A stretch of 52,645 nucleotides of DNA from positions 1-52,645 of IMG/VR virus record IMGVR_UViG_3300048858_000048; one strand, given 5' to 3'. The translations under genes and the position numbers were made by a program. This stretch comes from a virus. Lineage: Duplodnaviria; Caudoviricetes. Shown piece by piece: positions 35,701-45,475 of the stretch. The notes under the pieces were generated by a model. That model had not been told where the DNA came from. It was given only the letters and a program-made list of their open reading frames with translations, and made no database searches. Every line of letters starts with the position of its first letter. Positions within the stretch are counted from its first letter, which is position 1.

Positions 35701-35930
35701 ACGGTCCCGACTTCGAGGTCCACGATGGCGTCGGCGCGCTCGATCCGGTTGCCTTCGCGGGCAACGAGACGGCCGAGGCGATCGTGACGGCCACGGATGA
35801 TTGTCTGTAGTTCGATCAGCTCCGCTGCCTGAATAAAGGGCTGCTCGCCGTAGAACACAACGCTTTGCTGTTCCGGCTTGCCGGCCGCGCGGTCGATGGC
35901 GTTGGGCAAGCCGCTTTCGTGCTCGTACAT
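32703..35930 (-). CDS. Large baseplate/tail structural protein (DUF4815-like)
   Basis: QAAELIELQ, G.ANING, PRIDRL, GIFVDPF.DD..RD.G. Confidence 0.75.
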   Translation of the reverse strand: MYEHESGLPNAIDRAAGKPEQQSVVFYGEQPFIQAAELIELQTIIRGRHDRLGRLVAREGNRIERADAIVDLEVGTVTLAAGSIYVSGDVFPVGEAVLEDVPMTGRVEIGVRLVRTYLTHEDDPSLLGLVPGSLAEGEPGAAREVASISWALEGDDGEGAFYSVYTMLDGTILDQTGPSILEPALQAIAAYDRPNGNYIVSGCRVTAISVVGGNQLFSIEQGEANINGYKRTRLAALRHSQAVAWEELAIPGETHTYTGGASFTFPVDLAPIGVINSILLTKEKTVTLTRGAIAHGADGLPDSSVISVSAVVQGGTTYVAATSYNLVGNAIDWAPAGAEPAAGSTYNVTYRYRSAVAATANTDTTVTVSGGAAGGDIIISYTQKLPRIDRLCLGQDGSPIYIKGLPARSNPMPPGVPSDVLKLCQIFNDWMSPPIVTNDGVRSMTYEEQWRYNNRIIDFERLFQLERLKNNIDFREPVSKKGIFVDPFVDDSYRDAGEAQTGAIGNGMLQLAITPTFFTATLTAPVMLDYIEEVLVTQDLKTGCEKINPYQNFNPLPGTLRLTPAADFWTEDRTDWLSAQTIEFNRGTRTDGGPLQTVNTENQLVDHRVEQLEFLRQIPVAFTISGFGVGEILQTLTFDGIDVKPAGTQTANAQGQITSTFNIPVNVTAGTKIVSAKGVGGTEANAMFTGQGTIEIDTMRRVTTVQNWSAPQLVQWVQDRGNPGWENNNSTSDGTGGSSDPQAQMFAVPEVRQLVGVDFHICHVGDQGNHLLVDQVSISNGYPTSNIAAEVVVPMAGAVVGWKSARYNLPLTTPADRAHAFVIKTDDADHSVSFAKLGGFDETLQKFVTSHPYVTGPRFSSVNAQTWTAHQDEALAFRIVAAKFPVTTKIVELGSFALVQASDLQVRAAVELPGPGCSVVFEIERTNGTIYRLLPYQVLQLTEFITETVALRAILTGTEKLSPILFAPVQLVAGSIGTTLTYITRAFSLGAAVRLTSYFKAFLPGGASIAMHYRKDGGAWTALPFVSAEALAFPLWTERKHEVTGQTGTLVQLRITGIGGPAARLIIGDLGAGIF

Positions 35931-37048
35931 CAGAACCTCATCAGGAATTTGATCTGCTCGCGCACGGTCTTGCGCAAAGGCAGAGAAACAGACGTAACGG
36001 CGATCGGATGACCGCCAATGAGTTCGCCGGGCTGCAGCCAGAGGCGGCCGGGCTTGGTTTCGGGAGTAAGGGTCGCGCCGACCGTCAATTCGACCGATTT
36101 CGCCTCGACATCGAAGGCGTCTTCGAAATCGGTCATCGCTTCGAGATAGACACGGGTCGCACCTGGTTGCGGCTGGTAGCGGATACCGCCGCTCTCGTAG
36201 ACGCCATCAATCTCTTGGCGGACCGCGTGAGTAGCGCGGCAGCGGCGATGGCCAATCACAATACCGTCCTGGTCGCGAAAAGTGACAAAATGGACGCGAG
36301 CAACGAACCAGGTGGCCATGAGGGTCCGACGCTGTGTCGCCGGATTGTCGGCCCACAGGAAGTTCGCGGTCACCCACGGATATTGCATGTCAACCCATTT
36401 GAGCCCGCCGTCGCCCGGTACAGCGATCCAGTTGCCGATCGCGGTGCCTTCCGCCTCGGTCAGCTGATGGTCGATTTCCGTGGTGCGGCCGAAGGACCAG
36501 AGCGTTCCGGCTGCCGTGACGGCAACGCCGCTCTCACGGTCGAGCATGCTGCCATCGAGCCGGCTTCCGTCCGCCTCGAGCGCTCCAACATCATACTGGT
36601 GAACGCCACGGCGAAGACGGGAGCGCAGGGGCATCGAAAGCCGGGTGACACCCTCGATCCGCTCCAGATCCGGATTGTCGTTTGCCGGCAGGACCGGGAA
36701 ACGCAGCTGGGTGCTGTTCCAATAGGCCCGACCGTGCCAGGCATCTTCCATGGTGGCGGAATAGCCGAGCCATCCAAGGCCCTTGCTGACCGCAGCCGGC
36801 GTGCCGCGAATGCGCTGCCAGTTCACGCCCTCCCGGCCGACGACGAGCGTGTAAAGGTTCGGCACGTAGGGCGTCAGTTCGCCAAGCCCGTATTCGTAGA
36901 CCAGGAACGGCAGGAATGATGGCGGAGGATTAAACTTCGCGCCTCTGATGGCGTCAGCCCCTATTTCGAGCGCTGGCCACCTCTGCTCCCATGACCGCTC
37001 GAAAGCTCTTTCGAACAGCCCGGAGCCATCCGGAAGATGAGATTGCAT
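35930..37048 (-). CDS. Baseplate/tail protein (P2 gpI-like)
   Basis: LP..S.LFER, FLPFL.YE.GL, QRIRGTPAA; follows baseplate J. Confidence 0.8.
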   Translation of the reverse strand: MQSHLPDGSGLFERAFERSWEQRWPALEIGADAIRGAKFNPPPSFLPFLVYEYGLGELTPYVPNLYTLVVGREGVNWQRIRGTPAAVSKGLGWLGYSATMEDAWHGRAYWNSTQLRFPVLPANDNPDLERIEGVTRLSMPLRSRLRRGVHQYDVGALEADGSRLDGSMLDRESGVAVTAAGTLWSFGRTTEIDHQLTEAEGTAIGNWIAVPGDGGLKWVDMQYPWVTANFLWADNPATQRRTLMATWFVARVHFVTFRDQDGIVIGHRRCRATHAVRQEIDGVYESGGIRYQPQPGATRVYLEAMTDFEDAFDVEAKSVELTVGATLTPETKPGRLWLQPGELIGGHPIAVTSVSLPLRKTVREQIKFLMRF

Positions 37049-37941
37049 CAGTATGCGCGCCCACGGTTGTTGAGGGTAATGGTCCCGATCGAAATCGCCT
37101 CGGAAGGAATGACGCTCTCGTCGGAAATCGGGTTGGTCGGTACGACCCGGTGCACACCAGGCACCATCAGCTTCGAAGTCCACCAGCTGACTGTCAGGTC
37201 CCGACCAAGCGTGCGGGTCGATGCCCAGGACGCGCGCAGGTTGGCTTCCGCTCGAACAATTGTCGCAACATCAGCATCAGGCAGGAGCCAGACGTCCGCA
37301 GTCAGATTGACGACCCGCTGCACTGCCGACGTCACCTCGATCGTGTCGTTCACCATGCGCACCGCAGGATCTTGAAGAGCAGCATTCACGGCGGAAAGGA
37401 GATCGGCCGGCGCAACGCCATCCGGAGCCGTAGAATAGATTGCAACGCGTATGAGCGGGCTGCGGCCAACCGTGTAGACAATAGCGTTCTGGACGCGAAT
37501 GTCAGTCGACATGGCGATGAACTTGTAACGAGGTTCGGTACCACCGGTGGAACGCCCTTGAATTGCTAGAATGACGCGGGCCACAAGCCGTTCGTCATCT
37601 TCGCCTATCATCTTTGGGACGTCGTAGAAGGCGGCAAGATGCTCCAGATCGCCCTCTGTCGCGAAGGCAAGAAGGTTCGCACGCGCAGCCTGGTTGATGC
37701 GGTTCCGCAGGACGGTCTCGCGATACGTTTCGGCCTCATTGCCAATCATCGCGGGATCTGTTTCCAGAAGCTCCACATCATAAGCTGGCAGGACGGCGTC
37801 AGGGTTAGCGAGCCGAACCTCCTCCCAAATGTCCATGAACTTCTGGCGCTGACGAGCGAGGATGGCCTCGTAGTTCAGCTCCTCGATGACACCAGGTGTC
37901 GGAAGCAGACTGAGATCAAGGGAGTCGGTTGTGAGAGCCAT
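37048..37941 (-). CDS. Baseplate J/gp47 family protein
   Basis: LDLSLLP.P.VIEELNYE, RNRINQAARANLLAFA..DLEHL, EDDERL. Confidence 0.9.
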   Translation of the reverse strand: MALTTDSLDLSLLPTPGVIEELNYEAILARQRQKFMDIWEEVRLANPDAVLPAYDVELLETDPAMIGNEAETYRETVLRNRINQAARANLLAFATEGDLEHLAAFYDVPKMIGEDDERLVARVILAIQGRSTGGTEPRYKFIAMSTDIRVQNAIVYTVGRSPLIRVAIYSTAPDGVAPADLLSAVNAALQDPAVRMVNDTIEVTSAVQRVVNLTADVWLLPDADVATIVRAEANLRASWASTRTLGRDLTVSWWTSKLMVPGVHRVVPTNPISDESVIPSEAISIGTITLNNRGRAY

Positions 37942-37959
37942 TTCCTGAAGCCTTTTTTA

Positions 37960-38355
37960 TCAGGCAGCTTGGACGGTAACGCCGCGCCCGAAACTGACGG
38001 TGAAGCCGACAACTCTTTCCACGGTGAAGTCGCCGAGGTGACCACGCGGACGGTAATCGGCCTCGATCAGCAACCCCGCGTGGCCGGTTCTGATTTCATC
38101 AATGGAGCCGGTAGGAGCGATCCGTCGAACGGAGAAGCGCGGCTCCCAAAGATCGATCGCAGTCGCAACGAGCTGCATCCACGTTGCGAAAAGTGATGGT
38201 GTAATGGCCCGGCCAAGAAGGTCGACGACACCGGCGCCAAACTCGCGGCGCATGACGCGGCTGGCGAGCCTCGTGGTCAAGGTGACCTCTATCCCCTGAT
38301 AAGCAGAGGTCAGATTGTCGATGATGGCACCCGTGCGTCGATCAATTCCCGCCAT
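37960..38355 (-). CDS. Baseplate wedge gpW/gp25 family protein
   Basis: GIDRRTG, LTT..ASRVMRREFG, WEPRF. Confidence 0.9.
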   Translation of the reverse strand: MAGIDRRTGAIIDNLTSAYQGIEVTLTTRLASRVMRREFGAGVVDLLGRAITPSLFATWMQLVATAIDLWEPRFSVRRIAPTGSIDEIRTGHAGLLIEADYRPRGHLGDFTVERVVGFTVSFGRGVTVQAA

Positions 38356-38605
38356 CGCCGTTGCCATCCGCTGCGGGTTCGGAAGGCCAGTCGGCCGGAA
38401 CAGGCTGGCCGACTGGAGCTATTCGAGACAGACCGAGGTCGAAGCTGGATTCTTCTGGCGTAAGCCGTACCGTTGTTTGACCTCGCACCCGCTTTCCGTT
38501 GATCCATTCGACACCGGGCTTGATCCGAAACTCGGTCTTGCCATCAGCCGGGACAACGGCCGTCGTCTCGCCGGCACTTGCCGGCAAGGTGAGAACCTTC
38601 TTCAT
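38342..38605 (-). CDS. Hypothetical baseplate-region protein
   Basis: AGGAG RBS; between gpV and gpW. Confidence 0.6.
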   Translation of the reverse strand: MKKVLTLPASAGETTAVVPADGKTEFRIKPGVEWINGKRVRGQTTVRLTPEESSFDLGLSRIAPVGQPVPADWPSEPAADGNGDGGN

Positions 38606-38620
38606 GGACTTTCTCCTGAG

Positions 38621-39139
38621 TTAGTTTGATGGCACGTCGGTGTTTTGCTCGCCTACGCGGACGCCGCCGTGCAAATGGGTGTCGCCGACATTCTTGTCGT
38701 TGTGTCTCTGCTGGCCGCCGGTCTGATGGAAGCCATCGGCGCTGAAGCGGAAGGTCGTCCCGCCGGCCTCGATCTGAAGCGCGCCCCCCGCGATCGAGAT
38801 CCGGACGCCGGCGTCTTCGAACACGTTGGCGCTCATGTTTTCGTTGGGACTAGGGTTCGCCTCGGAATATCCACCCCGAAACATCAGTCCCTGCCGAGGG
38901 TCGCCACTGGGGTTGACCACGCCGACGATCTGCCCCTTTTTCAGGGGGATAGACGTTTTGCCCGTCTCCGGGTGCGGATACCAGGGCGAAAGGAACGGAG
39001 CTTCATCCGTCCCGCCAAGGCGCAGCCGATATCCCTTTCGCGCGTCGATGATCTCGACCGGGCCGACCTTCAGCGAGTTGCCGAACGCTGTTTTCAGCAT
39101 CTCGATATCGAGACGCATCGCAACAAAATCGGCAATCAT
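38621..39139 (-). CDS. Baseplate assembly/spike protein V
   Basis: SPW.P, GQ.V.V.NPSGD, C-terminal THLHGGV metal-binding tip. Confidence 0.85.
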   Translation of the reverse strand: MIADFVAMRLDIEMLKTAFGNSLKVGPVEIIDARKGYRLRLGGTDEAPFLSPWYPHPETGKTSIPLKKGQIVGVVNPSGDPRQGLMFRGGYSEANPSPNENMSANVFEDAGVRISIAGGALQIEAGGTTFRFSADGFHQTGGQQRHNDKNVGDTHLHGGVRVGEQNTDVPSN

Positions 39140-39951
39140 GGGTTCTGCACCCTTACTGGCGAGAGTCCGTAGACATCGAGATCGACCATCTCCATTTCCG
39201 GAACCGATCCATCATCAGCAAGGGGCGGCTGCGCGTAGCCGAGGGCATCGATTTCGCCGGCCGTCATACCGTGGCGGCGCTGCAGGCGAGCGCGATCGTC
39301 GCTCGACCCGGCGACCAGCCCCCGCATGATCTGCGCCTGCTTCGCATAGGAAGGATCGTCGACCCCTTCCAAAGCACCCAGAAACAGCATTAGAGGGGTA
39401 TCAGGATGAAGCGGTTCGCCGGCAACAGGATCATCTGCAAGATCGACTGTCAGCCGCATCTGATGCCCCGCCAGGCGCTGGCCGTCATCGGCATTGCGAG
39501 CACCCGCAAATTCAATCTTGGCGATGCGATAATGCAGCCCTCGATAGATTTCGCTCCAAGGATTGGCAGGATCGGTAAGCGCGTCGCAGATTTGCCGCTG
39601 GACGATGTCGAGAAAGAACTCACGGTTTCGGTCGGAGGCCGGAACATTGATCCCCACCAGCACCGAGGCGCCCGTTACTTGATCAGTTTCAAGCATTGCC
39701 GAGGAAACCCCGATCTCGAAAATGATATCGCATAGGCCATTTTCGGTGAGTGATCGGCCAGTCACCCCCTCGGCTTTGCCCTGGTCGGTGTAGACCGAGA
39801 TGAACGGCTTATCTTCTTCAGTCCGAAGGCTACCATCGGCCTGAATATCCAGCGCGCCGTTCGGCGTATCGAGGACATTTTCGCCGACGAGGGTTCTTCC
39901 TTTGAGCGCTTCGACCGCAGCAATCCGCAACGCTATCCGTATCAGGCTCAT
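39136..39951 (-). CDS. Tail completion/terminator-like protein
   Basis: ALKGRT.VG.NV.D..PFISVYTD; synteny. Confidence 0.6.
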   Translation of the reverse strand: MSLIRIALRIAAVEALKGRTLVGENVLDTPNGALDIQADGSLRTEEDKPFISVYTDQGKAEGVTGRSLTENGLCDIIFEIGVSSAMLETDQVTGASVLVGINVPASDRNREFFLDIVQRQICDALTDPANPWSEIYRGLHYRIAKIEFAGARNADDGQRLAGHQMRLTVDLADDPVAGEPLHPDTPLMLFLGALEGVDDPSYAKQAQIMRGLVAGSSDDRARLQRRHGMTAGEIDALGYAQPPLADDGSVPEMEMVDLDVYGLSPVRVQNP

Positions 39952-40328
39952 ATCTCGCCAAGCTCCAGAATAAGACGGGTGTCACCGCGATCGTCGACGC
40001 GCAGGACTTCGAACCAGGGCTGCCCCCGTCGTGCCAAGGCGCAGACGCGGTCATCCTTTTTTATTGGCGGGCCGGCATAGCGGGAGCCATCTATATGAAG
40101 CTCCGCTTTGCCGGCCGCCAATCTTGAATGCCAGGCACGTGATGTGCCGGGTGAAAAGCTGCCTTCCTTGCCACTCCCAACCCGTAGAACCGCGTCGATC
40201 TGGACGGCCGGTCGGGCCGAGTCCGGCTCACCCTTCGAAAGGAAGGACAGCTTTATCGGTTCCGCGAATACGGTATCGACCGCCGCGACCGTGCGATCGC
40301 GGATCTGCTGAAAACGGGAGGGCAGCAT
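39948..40328 (-). CDS. Head-tail joining protein
   Basis: Directly after the capsid gene; FEVLRVDDR...L.L. Confidence 0.6.
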   Translation of the reverse strand: MLPSRFQQIRDRTVAAVDTVFAEPIKLSFLSKGEPDSARPAVQIDAVLRVGSGKEGSFSPGTSRAWHSRLAAGKAELHIDGSRYAGPPIKKDDRVCALARRGQPWFEVLRVDDRGDTRLILELGEI

Positions 40329-40339
40329 ATGGCCAGCCT

Positions 40340-41401
40340 TTAGTTGGAGGTTGTGACCTCGACGATGCAATCCGGCTGTTTGCAAACAGCCAGGGCGTTG
40401 GTCTGCGACTTCAGTTCGAAGCCAGCGCCGTGCTTCAGGTCCTCGCGCGAAATGAAGATCGCGCCTTCTTCACCCTCGACCGAAGGCGCCCGGTTCACGG
40501 TCTCGATGTGATAGGCCGGAGCGTCGAAGGTCCGGAACATCGACTGGGTGCCGTTCGGGTAGGCATGCCCGGTATTGTCGGCGACATTCTTGATGGAGGT
40601 GATCGAACCATCATTGTTCTTCACCGGCATGGCGCCCTTGTATTCGCGCCAGAGGATGTTGCCGAACTCGAAGACGCGGCCCCAGTTGCCGCCAAGGCGC
40701 TGGCGCTCGATCGTGGTGTGAACGGCTGCATTCTGCGCCTGAAGCCAGAACTTTTCGACGTTGGCGTGGCCGATCAACTTGGAGAAGAATTTGCTATCGA
40801 CGATAGCCTCGATCGAACCGACGGTCTCGCCCTTGACGTTTCCGAGGATGTGATCGCTGACCTCTTCGCACTTGTCGAGGACGTTGGTGCCAGGGGCGCC
40901 GAGCAGGAAGTCGACGGTCTTCTTCGTGATGTCGAAGACATCATAAAGATTGTAAAGGGTGCGCAGCCGACCATCCTTGATCTCGCCGCGAAGCATGCCG
41001 AGGCGCAGAAATTCCCGCGTGATCGCGTGGTTCTTGCGGATGGTGGTCAGCTTTCGAGCCAGCTCGGCATCCAACGACTTTTCCGTGATCTGGCCATTCA
41101 CCACTTCGAGAAGGCCGTCGACGTCGCCGACAAGGATGTTCTCAAGATGGACGAAGTGGGGGATCGTCAGAAGTACGCCGGTCTGCGGATTATCGGCAGG
41201 CGAAACCTCGCCAGGTGCGCCCGGTTCCTGATGAGACAGAACGTGGATCTGACCATCGCGGAAGTCGATGCGCACGATGCGCGACCGCTTAGGCTCGGAG
41301 GGGGCGAGATTGAGGGCGTTCAGAAGGCCGAACGTGTTCGGGATGCGATTGACCTCGGTCGTGAGATCGACGTTGGTGTAGGGAAAGATGATTTCCGGCA
41401 T
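40340..41401 (-). CDS. Major capsid protein (lambda gpE family)
   Basis: LTTEVNRIP, ITREFLR.G.L.G, FEFG.I.W.EY, QTNAL..C.QP. Confidence 0.9.
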   Translation of the reverse strand: MPEIIFPYTNVDLTTEVNRIPNTFGLLNALNLAPSEPKRSRIVRIDFRDGQIHVLSHQEPGAPGEVSPADNPQTGVLLTIPHFVHLENILVGDVDGLLEVVNGQITEKSLDAELARKLTTIRKNHAITREFLRLGMLRGEIKDGRLRTLYNLYDVFDITKKTVDFLLGAPGTNVLDKCEEVSDHILGNVKGETVGSIEAIVDSKFFSKLIGHANVEKFWLQAQNAAVHTTIERQRLGGNWGRVFEFGNILWREYKGAMPVKNNDGSITSIKNVADNTGHAYPNGTQSMFRTFDAPAYHIETVNRAPSVEGEEGAIFISREDLKHGAGFELKSQTNALAVCKQPDCIVEVTTSN

Positions 41402-41492
41402 GGCCGATTGTCCTTGATTGAGTCAAGCCGAGGCATATCCGCGCCCGTCCGAGGGCGCGGGATCATGCCGGCGATGATGGAGGGATTGGGGT

Positions 41493-42206
41493 TTAGGCGC
41501 GGGCGATCAGCCCGAGACGTTCGTCGATATCAGCGAGCGCGCGAGCCGCGTCGACAGCAGTCAGGCCTTCCGGCCAGACGATGGCACTCGCAGAAAGAAC
41601 CGCAAGGCGGCGGGCGTACAGGACGCCACCAGGCAGATCCTCGCCATCGGCGGCAACGCAGTCCTTCAGGCATACGCCGCAGATAACCTGGCTGCCGTCT
41701 GTCGCAGACGGGTCCCAGGCGACCACCTTGCCGTCGTTTTCGCCGGGCACGATGCCGACGTTGAGGACCCACTGGTCACCGGGAAGAAAGTCGACGGCGC
41801 CATCGGCGATCGTGAAGCGGACCTGTTTGCCGAACAAGGTCCCAACCTTGCCGGCGCCAACGATCGCACCGTCAGGACCTTCGACCTCGAATTCACCGCC
41901 GTTGGCCTTCTCGGTCAGCATGGTAACGGTATAGCGGCCAGGGCGGGCCGCAGTCGTGAATGCCGGATTACCGAGAGTGAGCACGCCATTGCCGGTATTG
42001 GTACCGATGATCACGGCGACGGTTGTGGCGCCGTTATCGGTGATTTTCCCGATGGGCTGGCCCATCTTCAGCACGCGAGGCTCGCCATCGCCGGCGAGCA
42101 AGGTCGCGGTCGCACGCGAGATCTCGGAGTTGACCTCAGTCTTCAGCAGAGCCGACATGACGGCACCCGCTGCAATCTTCATGTATGGAAGCTGGCTCAT
42201 CGCCAT
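41493..42206 (-). CDS. Head decoration protein (gpD-like, with inserted beta domain)
   Basis: ISR...TLL.G, WDPSATDGSQ, IVWP; between protease and capsid. Confidence 0.8.
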   Translation of the reverse strand: MAMSQLPYMKIAAGAVMSALLKTEVNSEISRATATLLAGDGEPRVLKMGQPIGKITDNGATTVAVIIGTNTGNGVLTLGNPAFTTAARPGRYTVTMLTEKANGGEFEVEGPDGAIVGAGKVGTLFGKQVRFTIADGAVDFLPGDQWVLNVGIVPGENDGKVVAWDPSATDGSQVICGVCLKDCVAADGEDLPGGVLYARRLAVLSASAIVWPEGLTAVDAARALADIDERLGLIARA

Positions 42207-42246
42207 GTCCTCTTTGTTGGTGGATTTTAAGGGAGAAGGCGGCGGA

Positions 42247-43587
42247 CTAGCCGCCGCGCTTCATGTTGGCGATCTGCGAATCGATGCGGGCAGACAGACC
42301 GGACTTCTGCGGCTCACCGCCGCTGCCCGGAGCTGCGAGGCCCGCGCCCGCAATGCGCGAGGCCTCGTAGCTGGCCGGAGTAAGCTCGCCCGCCTTGGCC
42401 GACGCGACATTCCCGACCACAAAAGCGGCGACATCTTCGCCGCTCATGGAGCTGGACTTGACGGCGAGGTCGAGGGCAGCGGACATGCGAGCGGCGTCAC
42501 CCTTGACGCCATCTGCGCCAAGCGCGGCGCAAAGCCGATCGGTCGCGGCCTTCGCACCTTCAGCGCGGGCGGTGTCCGCAGCCATCTTCACGGCTGCGTC
42601 ATGTTCTGCCTTCGAGACACCCGCACCTTCGCCGGCGGGCACACCAGAATTTTCCATTGAGGTTTTCCTTGTGGTTAGCGACCGGCCGCCCTTCGGAGCA
42701 GATCTGGTCAGTTCACTGAGGACACTTTCAAAAGTGCCCAGACGATCGGCGACGCCGGCATCTACCGCCGCCTGCCCGATAAAAGTTCTGGCTTCCGTCG
42801 CCCGAGCAGCGTCAGCCGTTAGCCGCTTGCCGCGGCCTTTCTCGACCGTGGTCAAAAAGAGGTCGTAGAAAGAAGAAACCTCACGCTGCAGCTCGTCGCG
42901 AACGTCAGCAGGGAGTGGTTCAAAGGGATTTCCGTCTACCTTGTGGGCACCGGCAAAGATGAGTGTCGGGTCGACGCCTTCCTTGGCCAGCCACTTGGAA
43001 TAGTCCGCATGCAGCATGACGACCCCGATCGAGCCGGAGACGCCGGTTTCGGTCGTCACGATTTCAGTGGCGCCCGACGCGATCGCATACATGGCCGAAC
43101 AGGCTTGGCCGTTGACGACAGCAACAACCCGCTTCTTTGCGGCCACCTCCCTGACCAGGGCCGCTGCCTCGAAGGCACCGGTCGCCTCGCCGCCGGGAGA
43201 ATGGCCGTCGAGGATCACAGAATGAACGCTGTCGTCATCCCTGACAGACTTCAGCTGGTGCCCGATACCCTCATACGAGGTGAGGCCGGAGGAAGCCCCA
43301 ATCCACGCCCCTCGGTTCACCAGGGAGCCGGTAATCGTGATGATGGCCACGCCATCCTTGACGTTGTAGGGCTTCGTTTTGGCGACGCTCTCACCCCAGC
43401 GATCGAAGGTTCGAACGACGTTGCCCGCATCATCACGCTCGACATTGTCGCCCTCGAAACGGCTCACCTCCGGCGCGTTGATGCCGATCCGGCCGGCGAG
43501 CACCGACATGATCACCTGCGCCTTCTCAGGCGTGATCAGCAGCGGCCGGTTCAAAGCCCGGTCGGCTATGTGAAACAGAATGGACAT
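42247..43587 (-). CDS. Prohead protease (S49, lambda gpC-like) with scaffold C-terminus
   Basis: DGHSPGG, ACSAMYAIAS, GSIGV, AGAHKVDGNP. Confidence 0.92.
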   Translation of the reverse strand: MSILFHIADRALNRPLLITPEKAQVIMSVLAGRIGINAPEVSRFEGDNVERDDAGNVVRTFDRWGESVAKTKPYNVKDGVAIITITGSLVNRGAWIGASSGLTSYEGIGHQLKSVRDDDSVHSVILDGHSPGGEATGAFEAAALVREVAAKKRVVAVVNGQACSAMYAIASGATEIVTTETGVSGSIGVVMLHADYSKWLAKEGVDPTLIFAGAHKVDGNPFEPLPADVRDELQREVSSFYDLFLTTVEKGRGKRLTADAARATEARTFIGQAAVDAGVADRLGTFESVLSELTRSAPKGGRSLTTRKTSMENSGVPAGEGAGVSKAEHDAAVKMAADTARAEGAKAATDRLCAALGADGVKGDAARMSAALDLAVKSSSMSGEDVAAFVVGNVASAKAGELTPASYEASRIAGAGLAAPGSGGEPQKSGLSARIDSQIANMKRGG

Positions 43588-43601
43588 GTTGGTTTCCTTG
43601 C

Positions 43602-43859
43602 TTACCGGTCCCAGACCACGCCCATAGCGTGCCGGCGGCGCTTGCCCTTGCTGCGATCGCAAAGGCCCTCATAGGTGGCGATCAGCTTGTCGAGGCGGGC
43701 GGAATTGGCTTCGGAGAACGTGACCTCATCCTCGCCAAATCTGGTGCGCGACACCATTCCACCAGTTGCGAGAGTGAGCCTGACTTTCAGGAGAGCGTCG
43801 AGAATGGCGCAGTTATCGCGGATATCGATCTCTGCGCCATTGATGATGACGGTGCTCAT
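43602..43859 (-). CDS. Head completion protein (gpW-like)
   Basis: Small protein between portal and protease; L.TGG.V....FGE.EVTF. Confidence 0.65.
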   Translation of the reverse strand: MSTVIINGAEIDIRDNCAILDALLKVRLTLATGGMVSRTRFGEDEVTFSEANSARLDKLIATYEGLCDRSKGKRRRHAMGVVWDR

Positions 43860-45475
43860 TCGTCCGCCTCCTTCTCTTCGTCTTTTTCGTCAGGAGGCGG
43901 CACGGCCGGCGCATTTACGCGATCATAAGGAGACCGCATTCCGCGCGAGGTATACCATCTGTGCTCCGTCTCCTGTCGCAGCATCAGTTCGTCAGCGTCA
44001 TAGCCGAGTTCGGCAGCCTCGATCTCGACCGAGGAATTGTAGTTTTCGAGACGCTTGCCCGATGCGTCGGCGCTCTTCTTGTCGTCGGCGGATGGCTTGG
44101 CAGGGCCGCGCCATTGTGCCCATAGGAGACGATCCCGATTGGCCCGAAACGCGGCATAACCGCCCTTGATCGGAATGCGACCGAAGAAGATGGCCTCGTC
44201 GAGCCAAGGTCCGTACATCGCATCGCCGATCGGAGCGACGCCCCGTTCGCGCCGGCGAAGAACAATCGGCCAGATCGATGATATGCCGACACGCGAGCTG
44301 GCATAGGTCGAATTGCGATTATCGAGCGTGAAGCTCTCATAGGTGACGCCGATCGCGCGGGCCATGTCACGCGACAGGCTCATGTTGAACGGGTCGTATT
44401 GCGGACCAGGAGTCACCGCACCCTTGATGTCCAGCTTTTCGCCCGGCGCCAGGTGGTTGATATTCGGGTCGCTCCCGAAATACAGCTTCGACTGACGTGC
44501 CTTGCTGATCTGCGAGGCGTACATGCCGATGAACTGATCTGCCAACTCGGCCGCAACATCGCCGGTTCCGCTGTCTTTGAGGGCGGCCAGGGCCTCGAAC
44601 GCCTCCTGACTTGGCGCCTCGCTCGTGAGGCTGATGCCGATCGCCGTTTGCAGCAGCGCCATCTGCAGCGTCGCGTCTTCCAGCATTTCATGCTGAATGT
44701 TCTTCCGCACCGCAGCCGCCAGAGGAGATATCCCTCGGACATCGCGAGAGCCAGTAGGCTCGAAGACATGGAACGTCTTGACGTTGCCACGCTGATCATA
44801 GGCCGGCCAGTCTTCCGTCGACAGGGAGAAGGTATCTTCCGTGCGGAAGCGATAGCCGACCGGGCGCCAGTTCACGTCATGCAGAACGCCTTGGATCATG
44901 CGCTCGGTTTCGGCGCTGTCTTGCACGAGCCGCATCGGCGACAGGACGCAGGGCTTCGTTCCCGTGGCGACGCCATAGTGAGCCCGATTTCGAGGGTCCA
45001 TCCAGCCAATAATGCCGACCGACTCGCCGAACACGATCTGGTCGCGAAGGCCGATTTCGAACTGTTGCTGGACCGTGAACTTGCCGCGAAGGTGACTTTC
45101 GCGCGCATTCCACGACCAATACTTCCATTCGGCCTTGATCAGGCTGACCAGGGCGCGAATTTCGACGTCGTCATAGCCCATCTTGCGAAGGGTGACCGGA
45201 TCTGGCGTCGGGTTGAGCTGCAGTTCGGTACCGATCGTGTCGGACACGATCTGGTTCAAGGCGCCCGAGAGGCGCCCGGAATTGCGGACCATGTCCTGCG
45301 CGAGACCAGCGACCCTCCGCCAAGAGCGGCGGATCTCGTCCCGGCTATCGGTCAAGGGCGCCTGCCGCGTAGTGATGACGGCCGACCGCGTGTCCCGCAA
45401 ATAACCAGCGGAAGGCGCTGGACGCGGCGGCGTCGCAACGGACGCCGGCACGATAGTCGGCACGGAAGTTTTCAT
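43856..45475 (-). CDS. Portal protein (lambda family)
   Basis: DMVRN, VFGE, VRGISPL, L.PGE, TYASSR. Confidence 0.92.
   Translation of the reverse strand: MKTSVPTIVPASVATPPRPAPSAGYLRDTRSAVITTRQAPLTDSRDEIRRSWRRVAGLAQDMVRNSGRLSGALNQIVSDTIGTELQLNPTPDPVTLRKMGYDDVEIRALVSLIKAEWKYWSWNARESHLRGKFTVQQQFEIGLRDQIVFGESVGIIGWMDPRNRAHYGVATGTKPCVLSPMRLVQDSAETERMIQGVLHDVNWRPVGYRFRTEDTFSLSTEDWPAYDQRGNVKTFHVFEPTGSRDVRGISPLAAAVRKNIQHEMLEDATLQMALLQTAIGISLTSEAPSQEAFEALAALKDSGTGDVAAELADQFIGMYASQISKARQSKLYFGSDPNINHLAPGEKLDIKGAVTPGPQYDPFNMSLSRDMARAIGVTYESFTLDNRNSTYASSRVGISSIWPIVLRRRERGVAPIGDAMYGPWLDEAIFFGRIPIKGGYAAFRANRDRLLWAQWRGPAKPSADDKKSADASGKRLENYNSSVEIEAAELGYDADELMLRQETEHRWYTSRGMRSPYDRVNAPAVPPPDEKDEEKEADE

Noticed and set aside
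31339-35930. Diversity-generating retroelement acting on tail genes
   Set aside because: No reverse transcriptase and no template/variable repeat pair observed
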